This document shows positions 40,050-51,614 of a stretch of DNA of 64,000 nt, in pieces. A program made the position numbers and the translations under genes. The stretch is from Chiloscyllium plagiosum (lineage: Eukaryota), in NCBI RefSeq assembly GCF_004010195.1, contig NC_057713.1, positions 113,313,757 to 113,377,756 on the forward strand, in the 5' to 3' direction. The notes beneath the pieces were generated by a model. That model saw nothing but the letters and a program-made list of their open reading frames with translations, made no database searches and was not told where the DNA came from. The first letter of the stretch is position 1. Each line of letters opens with the position of its first letter.

Positions 40050-41300
40050 ACAAGTAACAACAATTTGAATTTATATTGCGCCAACATTGCACAACATTCC
40101 CGGACTCTTTAAAGGACACCACTAGAACCCGAATCACAAAAAGAGATTGGGAGAGGGGGAAATGGTCTAAAGCTGGATCAAAGAACTAACTTTTGGAAGC
40201 GATTAAAGGAGAAAATCAAAGTGGCCTAGAATTTGGGGGAGGGGGAATTCGAGAGCCTTGGAAGCTGAAGGTACAGTCCCATGCAGTGCTCGATTGGCTT
40301 GCTCAAGGGGCCAGAATTGGAGGAGGGTCGTTCTGCTATAACATGCATTTTGTTAACATGAATTCATTACAACACGATTGGGGACACTTTCTGAAGCGCG
40401 AAGGTTTAAAGCATGCATTGGTTATAACGTGATTCCGGCCCCATTAGTTTAAATAGTGCTGCTAATATGCAGCAGGAAAGCATGGAACTACCACATTAGA
40501 GCGGATGGGACTGCATCCCAGGGATATACATAGGAACATAGGCATTCCCATCAGGAGTAGGCAATTCAGCCCTTCCGAGCCTGCTCTGCCATTTAACATG
40601 ATCATGGCTGATCTTATCCTGATCTCAACCCCACTTTCCTGCCTGCTCCCCAAAGTCCTTTATCCTGCTTTTCATCAGAAACATCTATTTTCTTCTTAAA
40701 TCTGGTGGTTCTGCCTCCACTGCACTCTGGGGCAGTGAGTTCCACACATACACGGCCCTCTGAGAGAAGTTGTTTCTCTACGGGGCTGGACAGGGAGATT
40801 TTCAGAGTTAGAGAGGTCATGGACTGATGGGCATCTTGACAGGTTGCTTTAGCAAGCACAGGCTGGTGCTTGAGTGGCCAGAAGAAGTTTGGCATGAATT
40901 TAAATTCAGAGAGAATTTAACACAGTGGGAGGGTCCCCTGGGGATTTACTGGAATGGTCAAGCTCAGAGATGGAGAGAAGAGCTGGATACGGTTTCAGCA
41001 GCAGGTGAGCCCAGGTAGAAGATGCTAACACCTACAAGGGGTTGGTCATAATGGCATGGAGTCAGAGGCTTAGCTTAAACGATTAACTGTTGCACAAAGG
41101 GTCATCTCGGACAGCTTCTAGCGAGTGGGATGCAATCCTTTGCCAAGGAACTGAGGGTAATGTGGTCAGTATTTCCAACATTTGGTTGGAAAAAAGCTTC
41201 TGCTCTGCCAATACTGGGTACGGAGGGCGGTCCTCAGTGAGGGTGGGGCTGCCGACTGTCCTCAGGGTGGACAGGAAAACGGACACGATGACCCATGGGC
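40050..41300 (-). mobile_element. Degraded L2 fragment with a nested CR1 3' end (~40525-40790)
   Basis: L2-like tail (aacaacaatttgaatttatattgcgcc) and body; cataggaacatagg CR1 tail. Confidence 0.5.
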
Positions 41301-41330
41301 CGGAAACACATTCATCCTCTGTTACAGATA

Positions 41331-41552
41331 GGAGAAAGTGAGGTCTGCAGATGCTGGGGATCAGAGATGGAAATGTGTTGCTGGAAAAGCGCAGCAGGTC
41401 AGGCAGCATCTAGGGAACAGGAGAATCGACGTTTCGGGCATTAGCCCTTCTTCAGGAAATGAAGAAGGGCTAATGCCCGAAACGTCGATTCTCCTGTTCC
41501 CTAGATGCTGCCTGACCTGCTGCGCTTTTCTAGCAACACATTTCCATCTCTG
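41331..41552. mobile_element. Young palindromic mini-PLE, family A, 14-bp TSD
   Basis: 93-bp arms at 41362-41454 and 41460-41552 with one mismatch; CTCTGTTACAGATA at 41317-41330 and 41548-41561. Confidence 0.9.
41428..41455 (-). ncRNA. Minimal hammerhead core (family A) on the AARD sense strand
   Basis: CUGAAGA-A-GGGC(UAAU)GCCC-GAAAC-GUC. Confidence 0.65.
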
Positions 41553-41793
41553 TTACAGATATGCTTACAAACAAAACCAACCCAGTTCAAGGACGTTAGC
41601 GGTTCATGTTCTTTACAGGGAGTACAGGAGCTGGGGTAAGGGGTTGGGATTGAGGTTGGGTCTGCTCCCCAGACAGCTGGAGGAGCGGCTCAGCTCCACA
41701 GAGAGTGAGCTCCGGCCCTGCTCTGAGAAATGGGGTGGGATTGGGAGTTTGGGAAAGAGCTGAAGTTGAACAGATATGGAGTTTTGTCCTCAC

Positions 41794-41997
41794 CAGTTCA
41801 GTCCGGAGCCAAGTGATGGCCCCATCGATCTTGGCTCTGCGGAGTTCCTGATCAGCCCGAGGGTTGGTGCTGAGCGACCAGGAAGCAGGCGGCTCTCTCT
41901 GGGCGGAAGTTACCCTGAAGGCGCTCAGCAGCCTGTGTTTGATGTTCTCCAGCAGCAGGTCAGAGACACTGTCCTCATACTGGCTGTCAGTGCTCAT
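41794..41997 (-). CDS. AARD: Coding exon 1 of an AARD (alanine/arginine-rich domain, FAM167 family) orthologue, 68 codons
   Basis: ATG at 41997 (gcaATGa, purine at -3). Translation MSTDSQ...LLLENIKHRLLSAF...KIDGAITWLRTEL resembles human AARD as I recall it (LLEDLRRRLTRAF...GVEATLARLRAEL). Phase-0 donor CTG|GTGAGG at 41794/41793. Confidence 0.85.
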
Positions 41998-42320
41998 TGC
42001 TGTAACAGGCGCTCGCTCAGGCAACGCTCCAGCAGGGAGTTCTCCCTCTCCACTCCCTCTCCGGAGTGAAGCTGCCCCTTCCCGGGAGGAGCATTGCCGA
42101 GGCTCCCTCTCCCTCTGTCTCGCACTCCCGGTTTTCCAGGGCTGGGGAGTTTTGTTTGGGGTCGCTGCGCAGCCGTTGCACTGCAGCGAGCCGCTTTGTC
42201 AGCGTTACTATGGCAAGCTGCGAGGGAGACAAAGCCGCTGAGATTGTCCACTGCTTCACCATCCCATCATCCCCCCCCCACCCCCACCCCCCCAACAGGA
42301 GGGGGAGGGGGTGAGAGAGA
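41998..42320 (-). promoter_or_regulatory. GC/CpG-rich putative 5'UTR and promoter of AARD
   Basis: Local GC and CpG enrichment directly upstream of the ATG, with C/G runs at 42271-42311. Transcription start not determined. Confidence 0.45.
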
Positions 42321-42612
42321 GCTGCTCACCGCTACAACCCATACCCTGAAGAGACCTGGAGTCAGAATGTCAGCTTCCCACCCAGATCTATCCCTTGGTC
42401 AATCAGGGGCTTGTGCCACACTCATGTCAGAAATCCAGCCGCGCCATCTACACCAACCCCGCCACACATTAAACTCTCTCAGACCAGCACACAGCTCCCG
42501 GTTCCAACAGGAAGCACGGTTAGTGTTGAAGTGTTGTGTTTTATTTGTGTGTGTCGATGAACCGTTTCCAGTATCAATGAGAGAGGGGCTGGCGCAGTGC
42601 TCCCTTTCCGCT

Positions 42613-44046
42613 GGTCTTGTTCATCTCCAGACAGTCCCCGAGGTTCTGCAGAGTGCTTGCAAGTAGAGGAGAAACTGCCCACTCCTGGGGTGTGCCATCA
42701 ACATGTGCCCATTCATTCCAGGAACAATATCCTCATTTCATTTACACATCAAAGGAATCCACTGAATTGCACTCCGTTGAACTCCTCTCGGCTGACTTTT
42801 ATATATTTTATTAAACAGCTCAGTTTACAAAACAATTAACATTTACGTCTGTATACAGAGAAACAGCAACTTTACTAGGGAGAAGAATGGCAAAGCCAAG
42901 CCCCAAATCCTGACATTCAACCACTTTTCAGGGAAATGAGGACAAACCTCAAATCCCAGTTCCAATCATTACAAACAGTAACAATGACATTTAGATTAGA
43001 TTAGATTAGATTAGATTACTTACAGATTACTTACTTCGGCCCAACAAGTCCACACCGACCCGCCGAAGCGAAACCCATACCCCTACATTTACCCCTTACC
43101 TAACACTGCGGGCAATTTAACATGGCCAATTCACCTGACCTGCACATCTTTGGATGGTGGGAGGAAACCGGAGCACCCGGAGGAAACCCACGCAGACACG
43201 GGGAGAATGTGCAAACTCCACACAGGAATTGAACCCGGGTCTCTGGCGCTGTGAAGCAGCAGTGCTAACCACTGTGCCACCGTGTCGCCCACGGTAGAAA
43301 CAAGACAGTCCAATTACGTAAGAAACAGTGCATACAATACAGACCCCCAGAAAACCCAGCAATCCCCTCCCACCTTCAGCTGGCATTTAATAAGGTCTTC
43401 CCTCAGCTGTTTCCATAGTGCTGTGATTTGTTGTGATTTGGAGATGCCAGTGTTGGACTGGAGTGTACAAAGTTAAAATCACACAACACCAGGTTATGGT
43501 CCAACAGGTTTAATTGGAAGCACACTAGTTTTCGGAGCAGCGCTCCTTCATCAGATGATAGTGATATAACCTGGTATTGTGTGATTTTTAATTGTTGTTT
43601 GTTAACTGTTACTACACTGTATAGAAGTTCTGTTGCTTTGGTCTTCCCCGGGGAATTATTTCACTGAAGTAACCCCAGAGCCCCTGGTCCAGATGTATCT
43701 CTGCCTGAGGCAGATCTGGCTTCCACGAGAGCGAGTGGTTTCATTGCCCGGACCCCTTCCTACCAGCTTCTCTCCGGCCATCCTGTTCTGAGGGATCACT
43801 AATCATAGAAGCAGCGCTGAGCTGGTTCCCTTTCCACCTTCGTCCCGGGATTGAAATTCCTTTTGGCAGGCATGTAGGATAGGTGACCCTGCCAGTCCTA
43901 AACACAGTGCTTAATATTACACTGTAAATGTAATTAAACATCAGGCGTTTAGCACCCAGGCAGCACCAGATAAGACCTCATCTGTTCTGCACAACCACCC
44001 AAGCCATGTTTTAAAATATTCTTTTCATGGGATGTGGGTGTAGATG
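42613..44046. repeat. Source copy of the local duplication (direct repeat of 38636-39771, plus a 301-bp HE1)
   Basis: Colinear match with roughly 20 substitutions/indels counted by eye. Confidence 0.9.
42993..43293 (-). mobile_element. HE1 SINE present only in the upstream duplicate
   Basis: (AGATT)n tail; empty site gacattt|gtagaaac in the intronic copy. Confidence 0.9.
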
Positions 44047-44435
44047 GCCAGTCTAGCATTATTTCTTATCCCTAACTTCCTTTGTGAAAGTGGCAGTGAG
44101 CTGCCTGTTTGAACTGTTTGCAGTGCTGGATTGTAGGAACATCCACAAGGCTATTAGGATTGGAATTTCGAGGGTTTAACCCAGTGACAGTGAAGGAACT
44201 GCAATACAATCCCAAGCCAGGATGGTGTGACATTTGAAGGGGTACTTGCAGGTGGCACTGCTGTTGTCCTTCTGGGTAGAGACTGCAGGTTTGGAAGGTG
44301 ATAGTAAAGGGCTTTTAGTGAGTTGTTGCTCTTTCTGCACCAAACATCAATAATTATGCAATGTTTAGTAATCCTCTTGATTCCTCATGTAATGATGCAG
44401 TCTGTGATATTGTTCAGCAAGTCCTATATAACATT

Positions 44436-45963
44436 CAGAGTCGAGAGTTTGGTGCTGGAAAAGAACAGCAGGTCAGGCAGCATCTGAGGAGCAGGAGATC
44501 CGATATTTCGGACAAAAGCCCTTCATCAGGAATGATGCTTGTGGACCGGGGCTGACAGATAAATGGGAGGGGGTGGGGCTGGTGGGAGGGTAGCTGAGAG
44601 TGTGATAGGTAGATAAAGGTGGGGGAGAAGGTGGTAGGTCGGAGAGGAGGANNNNNNNNNNNNNNNNNNNNNNNNNNNNNNNNNNNNNNNNNNNNNNNNN
44701 NNNNNNNNNNNNNNNNNNNNNNNNNNNNNNNNNNNNNNNNNNNNNNNNNNNNNNNNNNNNNNNNNNNNNNNNNNNNNNNNNNNNNNNNNNNNNNNNNNNN
44801 NNNNNNNNNNNNNNNNNNGTGTTAAAGTATTCAGCCATGGGGCAGTGGGGTTGGTTGGTGTGGGTGTCCCAGAGATATTCTCTGAAACAATCCACAAGTT
44901 GGCATCCTGTATCCCCGATGTAGAAGAGACCACCTCAGGTGCAATGGATACAGTAGATGACATTAGTGGAGGTACAGGTAAATTTCTGTCAGATGTGGAA
45001 GGATCCTTTGGGGCTTTGAACCAAGGTGAGGGGGAGGTGTGTGTGCAGTGGCAAGGTAAGGGGGCTGGAGTGGGGTGTGGAAGGTTTGGAGCGAGGATCT
45101 GACAAAGGAATCATGGAGGGAATGGTCTCTCCAAATCGCTGATAGGGTGGGGGGAAACATATCGCTAGTGGTGGGGTCTGTTTGTAGGTGGCGGAAGTGG
45201 CAAAGGATGATGCAGAGGTTGGTGGGATGGAAGATGAGGACCAGGGCAGTTTTGTCCTTGCTGCATTAGGAGGGGTGGGGTTCAAGGGCATAGGTGCGGG
45301 AAGTGGAGGAGATGTGCTGGAGGCCGTCATCGAACGTTGGGAGGGGAAATTGCAGTCTTTGGAGAAGGAGACCATCTGAGGTGTTCTATGATGGAATTGG
45401 TCACCCTGGGAACAGATATGGCAGAGGTGGAGGAATTAGGAATAAGGGATGGCATTTTTACAGGAGACAGGGTGGGAGGAGGTGTAGTCCAGTTAGTGGG
45501 TTTGTAATAGATGTCCGTGGTTAGTTGGTTGCTGGAGATGGAGATGGAGAGGTCTAGGAAGGGGAGGGAAGTGTCCGAGGTGGTCCAGGTGAATTTAAGG
45601 TCGGGTTGAAAGGTGTTAGTGAAGTTGATGAATTGTTTAACCTCCTCATGGGAGCACGAGGTAGCGCTGATACAATCATCAATGTAGCGGAGGAAAAGTG
45701 GGGGTTGGTACCGGTGTAGCTGGAGGATTGGAAGGTGAAGTTGTTGAGTGTGAGGACCAGTTCAGCCAAGTGGATGAGGGTGTCGGTGAAAGGGTACTGG
45801 TTGGGTCAGCATGAGGTTAAGAAATAGAGGATTTGGAGGGCTTGAAGGGCATATGCCCGAAACATTGATTCTCCTGCTCCTCGGAAGCTGTCTGATCTGC
45901 TGTGCTTTTCCAGCACCACACTCCTGACTCTGATCTCCAGCTTCTGCAGTCCTCACTTTCTCC
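44436..45963 (-). mobile_element. 5'-truncated Penelope-like retroelement (RT + GIY-YIG endonuclease) with inverted 5' pseudo-LTR
   Basis: FLRYIDDC (YIDD at 45675-45686), AELVLTLNNFTF, NVIYCIHC..GLFYIGDTG (44914-44961); family-A arms at both ends; direct repeat TAT(A/T)TAACATTCAGA at 44425-44439 and 45964-45978. Confidence 0.9.
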
Positions 45964-47246
45964 TATTTAACATTCAGAAGAATATAGATTATTGTCAGTG
46001 GTCCACACTGCTGCCATTGTCCATTGGCAGTAGGAGGATTGAATATTTAAAATGGTGATGCCAATCAAGCGGGCTGCATTGTCCTTGATGGTACCAAGCT
46101 TCTTGCACTCATCCAGGCAAGTGGGGAGTATTCCATCACACTCCCGACTTGTGTCTTATATATAGGTGGAGAGGCTTTAGAAAGCTACTTGCTGCAGACT
46201 TCCCAGTCTCTCTTTTTTATCCTCTGTATGTATATGATTGGTCCAGATCAGTTTCTGGTCAATGGTAACCTCCAGGATGTTAATAATGGGTGGTGGTTCA
46301 GCAATGGTAATGACATTGAATGTCAAGGGGAGACAGTTTGATTATCTCTTGGTCATTGCCTGGCACTTGTATGGCGCAAAGGTTGTTTGCCATTTATCAG
46401 CCCAAGCCCTTGTTGTACTGTTTAGGGCTTGCTGAACATGTACACAGACTGCATCAGTATAAGAGGAATGAAAAGTGAAACTAAACATTGCGTGGTTATC
46501 ACTGATCATCCCAACTTCCTACCTTGTGATGGAAAGTAGGTGATTGATGAAGTAGCTGAAGATGATTCGCCAAGGACACCACTGTGTTCTAAGGAAGGAT
46601 CACTCAACTTGAAATGTTAACTCTGATTTCTCTCTGCAGATGCTGCCAGACCTGCTGAGCTTTTCCAGCAATTTCTGTTTTTGATGCTACTCTGTTTCAT
46701 CAGTTCTTTCAGTTTTTATTGAATAGAGTGATGTTGGTAGAGCCTCCTCCTCCTAGTAATTGTTGAATTATCCACTATCATTCACAAATGTCCATGGTAG
46801 GACTTCAATCTTATCTGTTTGTTGTGGACCACTTATCTCTTTATATTGCAAGCTGCTTCTGCTGTTAACCTGTGGTAGCCCTAAATTGTAGCTTCATTAG
46901 ATCAACTCCTCATTTTTAGGTCTGGATGGTGCCCCTCCACGCTGTCTTGCATTATTCTCTGAACCAGGATTGATCCCCCGATGTGGTGGTGATTAATAGA
47001 GTTGGAATTGTGGTTGAATACAATTCTGCTACTGCTAATGGCATGCAGTGCTTCATGGGCACCAAGTTTTGAGTTCCTAGATCTGTTCAAAATGTATCCC
47101 ATTTAACACAATGGTAGTGCCATACAATACGATAGAGGGTTAACTTCAATGTAGAGTCAGGACTTCACCTCCACAGGGAATGTGTGGTGGTCACTCGTGT
47201 CAAAACTGTAATACACAGATACATCTATGACAGATTGATTGGTGGG

Positions 47247-48300
47247 TGTCCTGTGCTGTATAGGATGTCCTGTGCTGTATAGGATGGGCTGAAGGGCTAA
47301 AATTGTTGACAGTATTCGACAGCTGCATGACCTTGAATGAGTCCTGTGCGCATTCCTGCATGTGCCGCAGATGGCACAAACAAAACTTGTTTTCTCTGCT
47401 TGCAAGCAGCTTGTTTTCTGCATCTGCTTTTCTGTGCTGGCTGCTTGTTACACTATATGAGAGAGAGAGTTTCGTTCTGGGTTTTTGGACTTCACCTCGG
47501 ACCGGGATTGTGGACTGTGCCAGGAATATACCAAAGCCTCCAGACCAGCCAGATCGAGGGGTTCCCTATGGGCAGGAGGGCGTGAGGTTCATTGCTTTCT
47601 TTTCCTTCCTTTTCATCTTTTCCGTTTTACTTAATAGATGGTCATATTACAGTCCTTTTTCCTTCCTTTTCCATCTTCTATTATTATTTAATGAATGTTA
47701 ATATTTAAGCAAATTGCTATTGTCAAGTCTTCTCTTAAGTCAATTTAACCAAATCCGAAAAGATTCGCTTGGATCCACTCTGTGATCTCTTGTCTGTTCT
47801 ATTATGATCTGCATTAGGCCCAGTCTTGCAACTACTCCTTCAGGATGACTAGCTGTGTTACTACCAAGATATTCTTGGTGATGGATGATTAGATGAGATT
47901 CCCTACAGTGTGGAAACAGGCCATTTGGCCTATCAAATCCACACTGACCCTGTGAAGAGTAACCCACCCCGACGCATTTCCCTCTGTCTAATGCACCTAA
48001 CACTATGGGCAATTTAGCATGCCAATTCACCTAACCTGCATATCTTTGGACTGTGGCAGGAAACTGGAGCAACCGGAATAAACCCACGCAGACACGGGGA
48101 AAATGTGCAAACAGACAGACGCCCGAGGCTGGAATCAAACCCAAGACCCTAGTGCTGTGAGGCAGTAATGCTATAACCACTGTGTCACTGTGCCGCCCAT
48201 GTTTACGTGTCTCACCCAGAATGCTTTGTATCCTTCCCAATTAGTGTTTAGCCTGGAGGATTACTGATTTAGTAGATGAGGAGCGTGGGAGATAGTTACA
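47247..48300. mobile_element. Putative solo LTR (TG...CA) containing an HE1
   Basis: Insert begins TGTCC and ends GTTACA, interrupting the LINE. No TSD found. Confidence 0.35.
47888..48198 (-). mobile_element. HE1 SINE
   Basis: attagatgagattccctacagtgtggaaacagg...accactgtgtcactgtgccgcc. Confidence 0.85.
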
Positions 48301-51300
48301 AGCAGGAGGTATCATTTAACCTGATGCAACAAGATGTCCCGAGGTCTGAAGTCATTGTTGAGAATCCCCAAGACAACTTCCTCCCAAATGGACATTAGTG
48401 TGCCATTACATCTTGTGGGTTTGTCCTTCTAATGAGACAGAGCATAACTAGGTATGATGATTGTAGCATCTGGTACTTTGTCTCTAAGGTATGATTCAGT
48501 GAGCATGATTATATCAGCCAGTTGCTTAATTAGTCTTGGGACACTTTCCTGATTTTGGCAGAAATTCCTAGGTGTTAGTGAGGAAGACTTTGCTGGGTTG
48601 ACAGGGCTGGGTGTACCACCGCCATTTACCGTGCTTTGGTCCACTGCCCTATCTGTTTTCAGCTTCCTTACAAATGTAGAAGTAGATGGGAGCCCTGAAA
48701 TGAATTGCCATCAGACACTAATAGGGAAATTGTCCAGTAAAGTTAGCATGAAATGAAAGCCAAAAGAAAAAAATAATATTCTAAGAACAATTTTCAGACT
48801 GCTGGGGTGAGGCTCGTGGTTTCAGTTGTGCCCTTGGTGTCCTCCTGACATAAATCACATCAATACCAAGTTACCAGTGTCATCAATTATTAGACCAAGT
48901 GGCTGAAGAAAAATAATGACATAATGGTAGAAAATGATTGATCTCCATTGACTGCAATGAAGGGCTGATGATGAGCTTGAGCTTTTTGTGGGTTAGGTAT
49001 GACTATCAATGAAGTGTCAAAAATTGCATTAGTAAATTATGGTTTGGTTCAAATAATGGCTAAATCACTTAACTCTGTTGTCTCCTAGATCTTGTTCAGC
49101 ATTAATAATAGTGGATGCTGTTAATCCATAACTAGTATGGTGAAACCATCCAGCAAATATAGGTCTGTAAGGGTCATCAGTCCTCATTGAAAAAACCCTC
49201 TTGCTGGGATTAGGGATATGCAACTGTACTCATTTTAAATAGAAGCTAACAACATTATCATCTAGAGCAGTAAGGTAACTATGGGAAGAGACCACATTGA
49301 TTGAATACCTATGCCAGCCGTATTCTCTCAAAAATTCTTCTTTTGTTGTTTACTATTACATCTCAGTGAGTCTCAACCTGCCCAGCTGATGTGGAGGCAG
49401 CCTGTGTCTACTACAGCCTGTGGCCTGTGAAAACTTTAGCCGGTGTCCTTTATGAGTTAAGGGCCTCCAGGGCCTTGGTTGCTGAGTGACTCCAGCAATT
49501 TTGGGAGCACCGCCTATAGTCTGACCTACTGGAGGCGACGGGATCACTGGCAGAGAGAAAGTGGAGGGGCAGGACTTTTATGAGATGGAGTCTCCGAGGT
49601 ATCTGGCTAGCCCTCTTACTTGCTTTGCATGTCTGACGGCATCTCCCTGGCTCCTTGAGCAGGAGGGACAACTGAAGGGAGGTCAAAGTGCCTTTGTGCC
49701 TCTGCACCAATGGTTACAGTGATGGAGGACAGACCTGAGAACTAATCCAGCAACTCAAAGGCCTTTCCCACAGAGGCAGTTGAAGGACTCACATGGCAGA
49801 GTAATGACTGTGTACAGAATTTTGATGGACTCCTCCAACCTACACTCTCATCTCCTCTTGCTTCTGATGTTCCCCTGCCTGTCTATGCATCTCCTGGCTA
49901 AGTACAGAGGCACAACATCTACATGGAGATCAGAAGGGGTCTGGTCTCTAGGTGTCCTCTGAGGGTCACCGCTCCCAGCTGTTGCTTCCTCCACTGGTTG
50001 TGAACCCCTGTCAGTGATGTGCTCACCAGGTTTTCCATCAACCTAGTCCAGATAGTGTAAGCAGTCTGACATGAATAATGAAGGATGCAGGCAGATGCTG
50101 CACCAGTACTTCCTGTGAGGACTGGGAGACATCATTGTTCGAGGTACTGGTGAAACTGGACCTTGAAGATCAGTTAAATATGGAACAGGGAGAAGGCTGC
50201 TTCCTTTTCTTCTTCTACATGTCTGGTCACTAGCACCTTAAACAGAGAAGAGGAAAAATGAGCAGCTTGTCAACACACTCCCTTATCCAAACAACCTGTC
50301 ACACTGCCTACACATCTAACCACAGCAGATTGGAGGCATCCTGTGAAAATCCTAACCTTCTTTCTATGCAGGCAGGGTAACTGCCTGTTTAGTAACTTGA
50401 GCCCTCCCTAGGAAGTGAGATTTACAGACACACTGTCCTACAAACAGAAGAACATTGACAGCAAGAGTTTGTTGCCCCCCATTCATTGCACATACTTTAT
50501 TAGGTGCCCAGGCTTAGATGTGACATTCTCTGAAATTCCTCCACATCCAATAATTAAACTGAGTGCCTGTGAGTGTCAGTTTGCAATGAACAGATGATAT
50601 GCCTTGCTCTTGAAGGCAGTTGTTTATCTTCTTCCCACCCTGGACTCTTGTGAGTACAAAAGCTCTAAGTTTCACTGTTACTTCCAACTGTTCTGCCTTG
50701 TTCAGACAAGAGGGACTTCTGCTACCATCCCTGGGAAAAGAACCTACTGCATTTTCGGGATTGCTTAGACAACTTTCATCAAGGGCCCAATGAATCACGG
50801 GGCCAATGTCTGTCGGGCTTGCCACATCTCCAGAGGAGCTAGAGGTGTCCTACAGACTATGGATGATCCTGCCTTGAGTGAGTGGAGAGTTGAACTGATA
50901 CCTGTTAAATGTGATATTTTCTATCATTCACCCCAGCAGATGAAGGTGAAAACACCTGCCCAACAGCTGTACAAGATGCAAGATTGCTGTTCTTGCAATG
51001 CATGAGTAGGTAATGAGCTAGGAACAATGTGATTGTGTTAGATTGTGACCCATCACAAGCAGAAACTCTTACCACTTTCAGTTCCATGCCCAACACTAAC
51101 CTAGACTTCATAATGGAAAATACTGTCTAAAGTAAGAGATGTCAGGAAGTCATAGACTGATTGGTGAAATGATAGGAACTGATACAACTGTTTAGGAGGA
51201 ATGAAGAGAAGCAAGATGACTAAGTGAACAAGTTCAAAGCAGTCTGGTGTCAGGACAAATTGAGAAAATTATTAGAAAAGTATGTGATAAGCATATTCTA

Positions 51301-51614
51301 TGTGAATATAAACAAAATTTACAAAAGCAAGCAAATTACATTAAGTCTTTACTAAATTTTAGTTAGATTTCAGTAGGAGGTTGTTTAATCCTGGGAAACA
51401 TGTTTGAGGATATCAAAGCCTTAAAGGTCATGTAAGAGTGGCATGTGCGTGGTACCAGAGAGAAAGGTATACGAGGAGACTGGAGAAGCTGGTAGCGTTC
51501 TCCTTAAAGTAAAGAATGTAATGAAGACTTTTGATAGATGTGTTCAAAATCATAAATGGCTTTTCGAGAAGAAACCTATAAAAGACAACTAGATAGGAAC
51601 ATAAATGCCCAGTT

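Larger units (their letters stand above)
44015..48660 (-). mobile_element. Fragmented CR1/L2-group LINE (same family as 37257) interrupted by the PLE, an LTR-like insert and HE1
   Basis: Tail catgggatgtggg.. at ~44027; endonuclease start DIIMLTESYL in ORF 48429-48644. Confidence 0.6.

Noticed and set aside
41596-42024. 142-aa single-exon ORF starting at TTG 42024
   Set aside because: The first ATG is at 41997, and family similarity stops at the splice donor at 41793; the rest is intron read-through.
42017-42666. Several overlapping ORFs upstream of AARD
   Set aside because: Expected in GC-rich promoter DNA; no recognisable domain.
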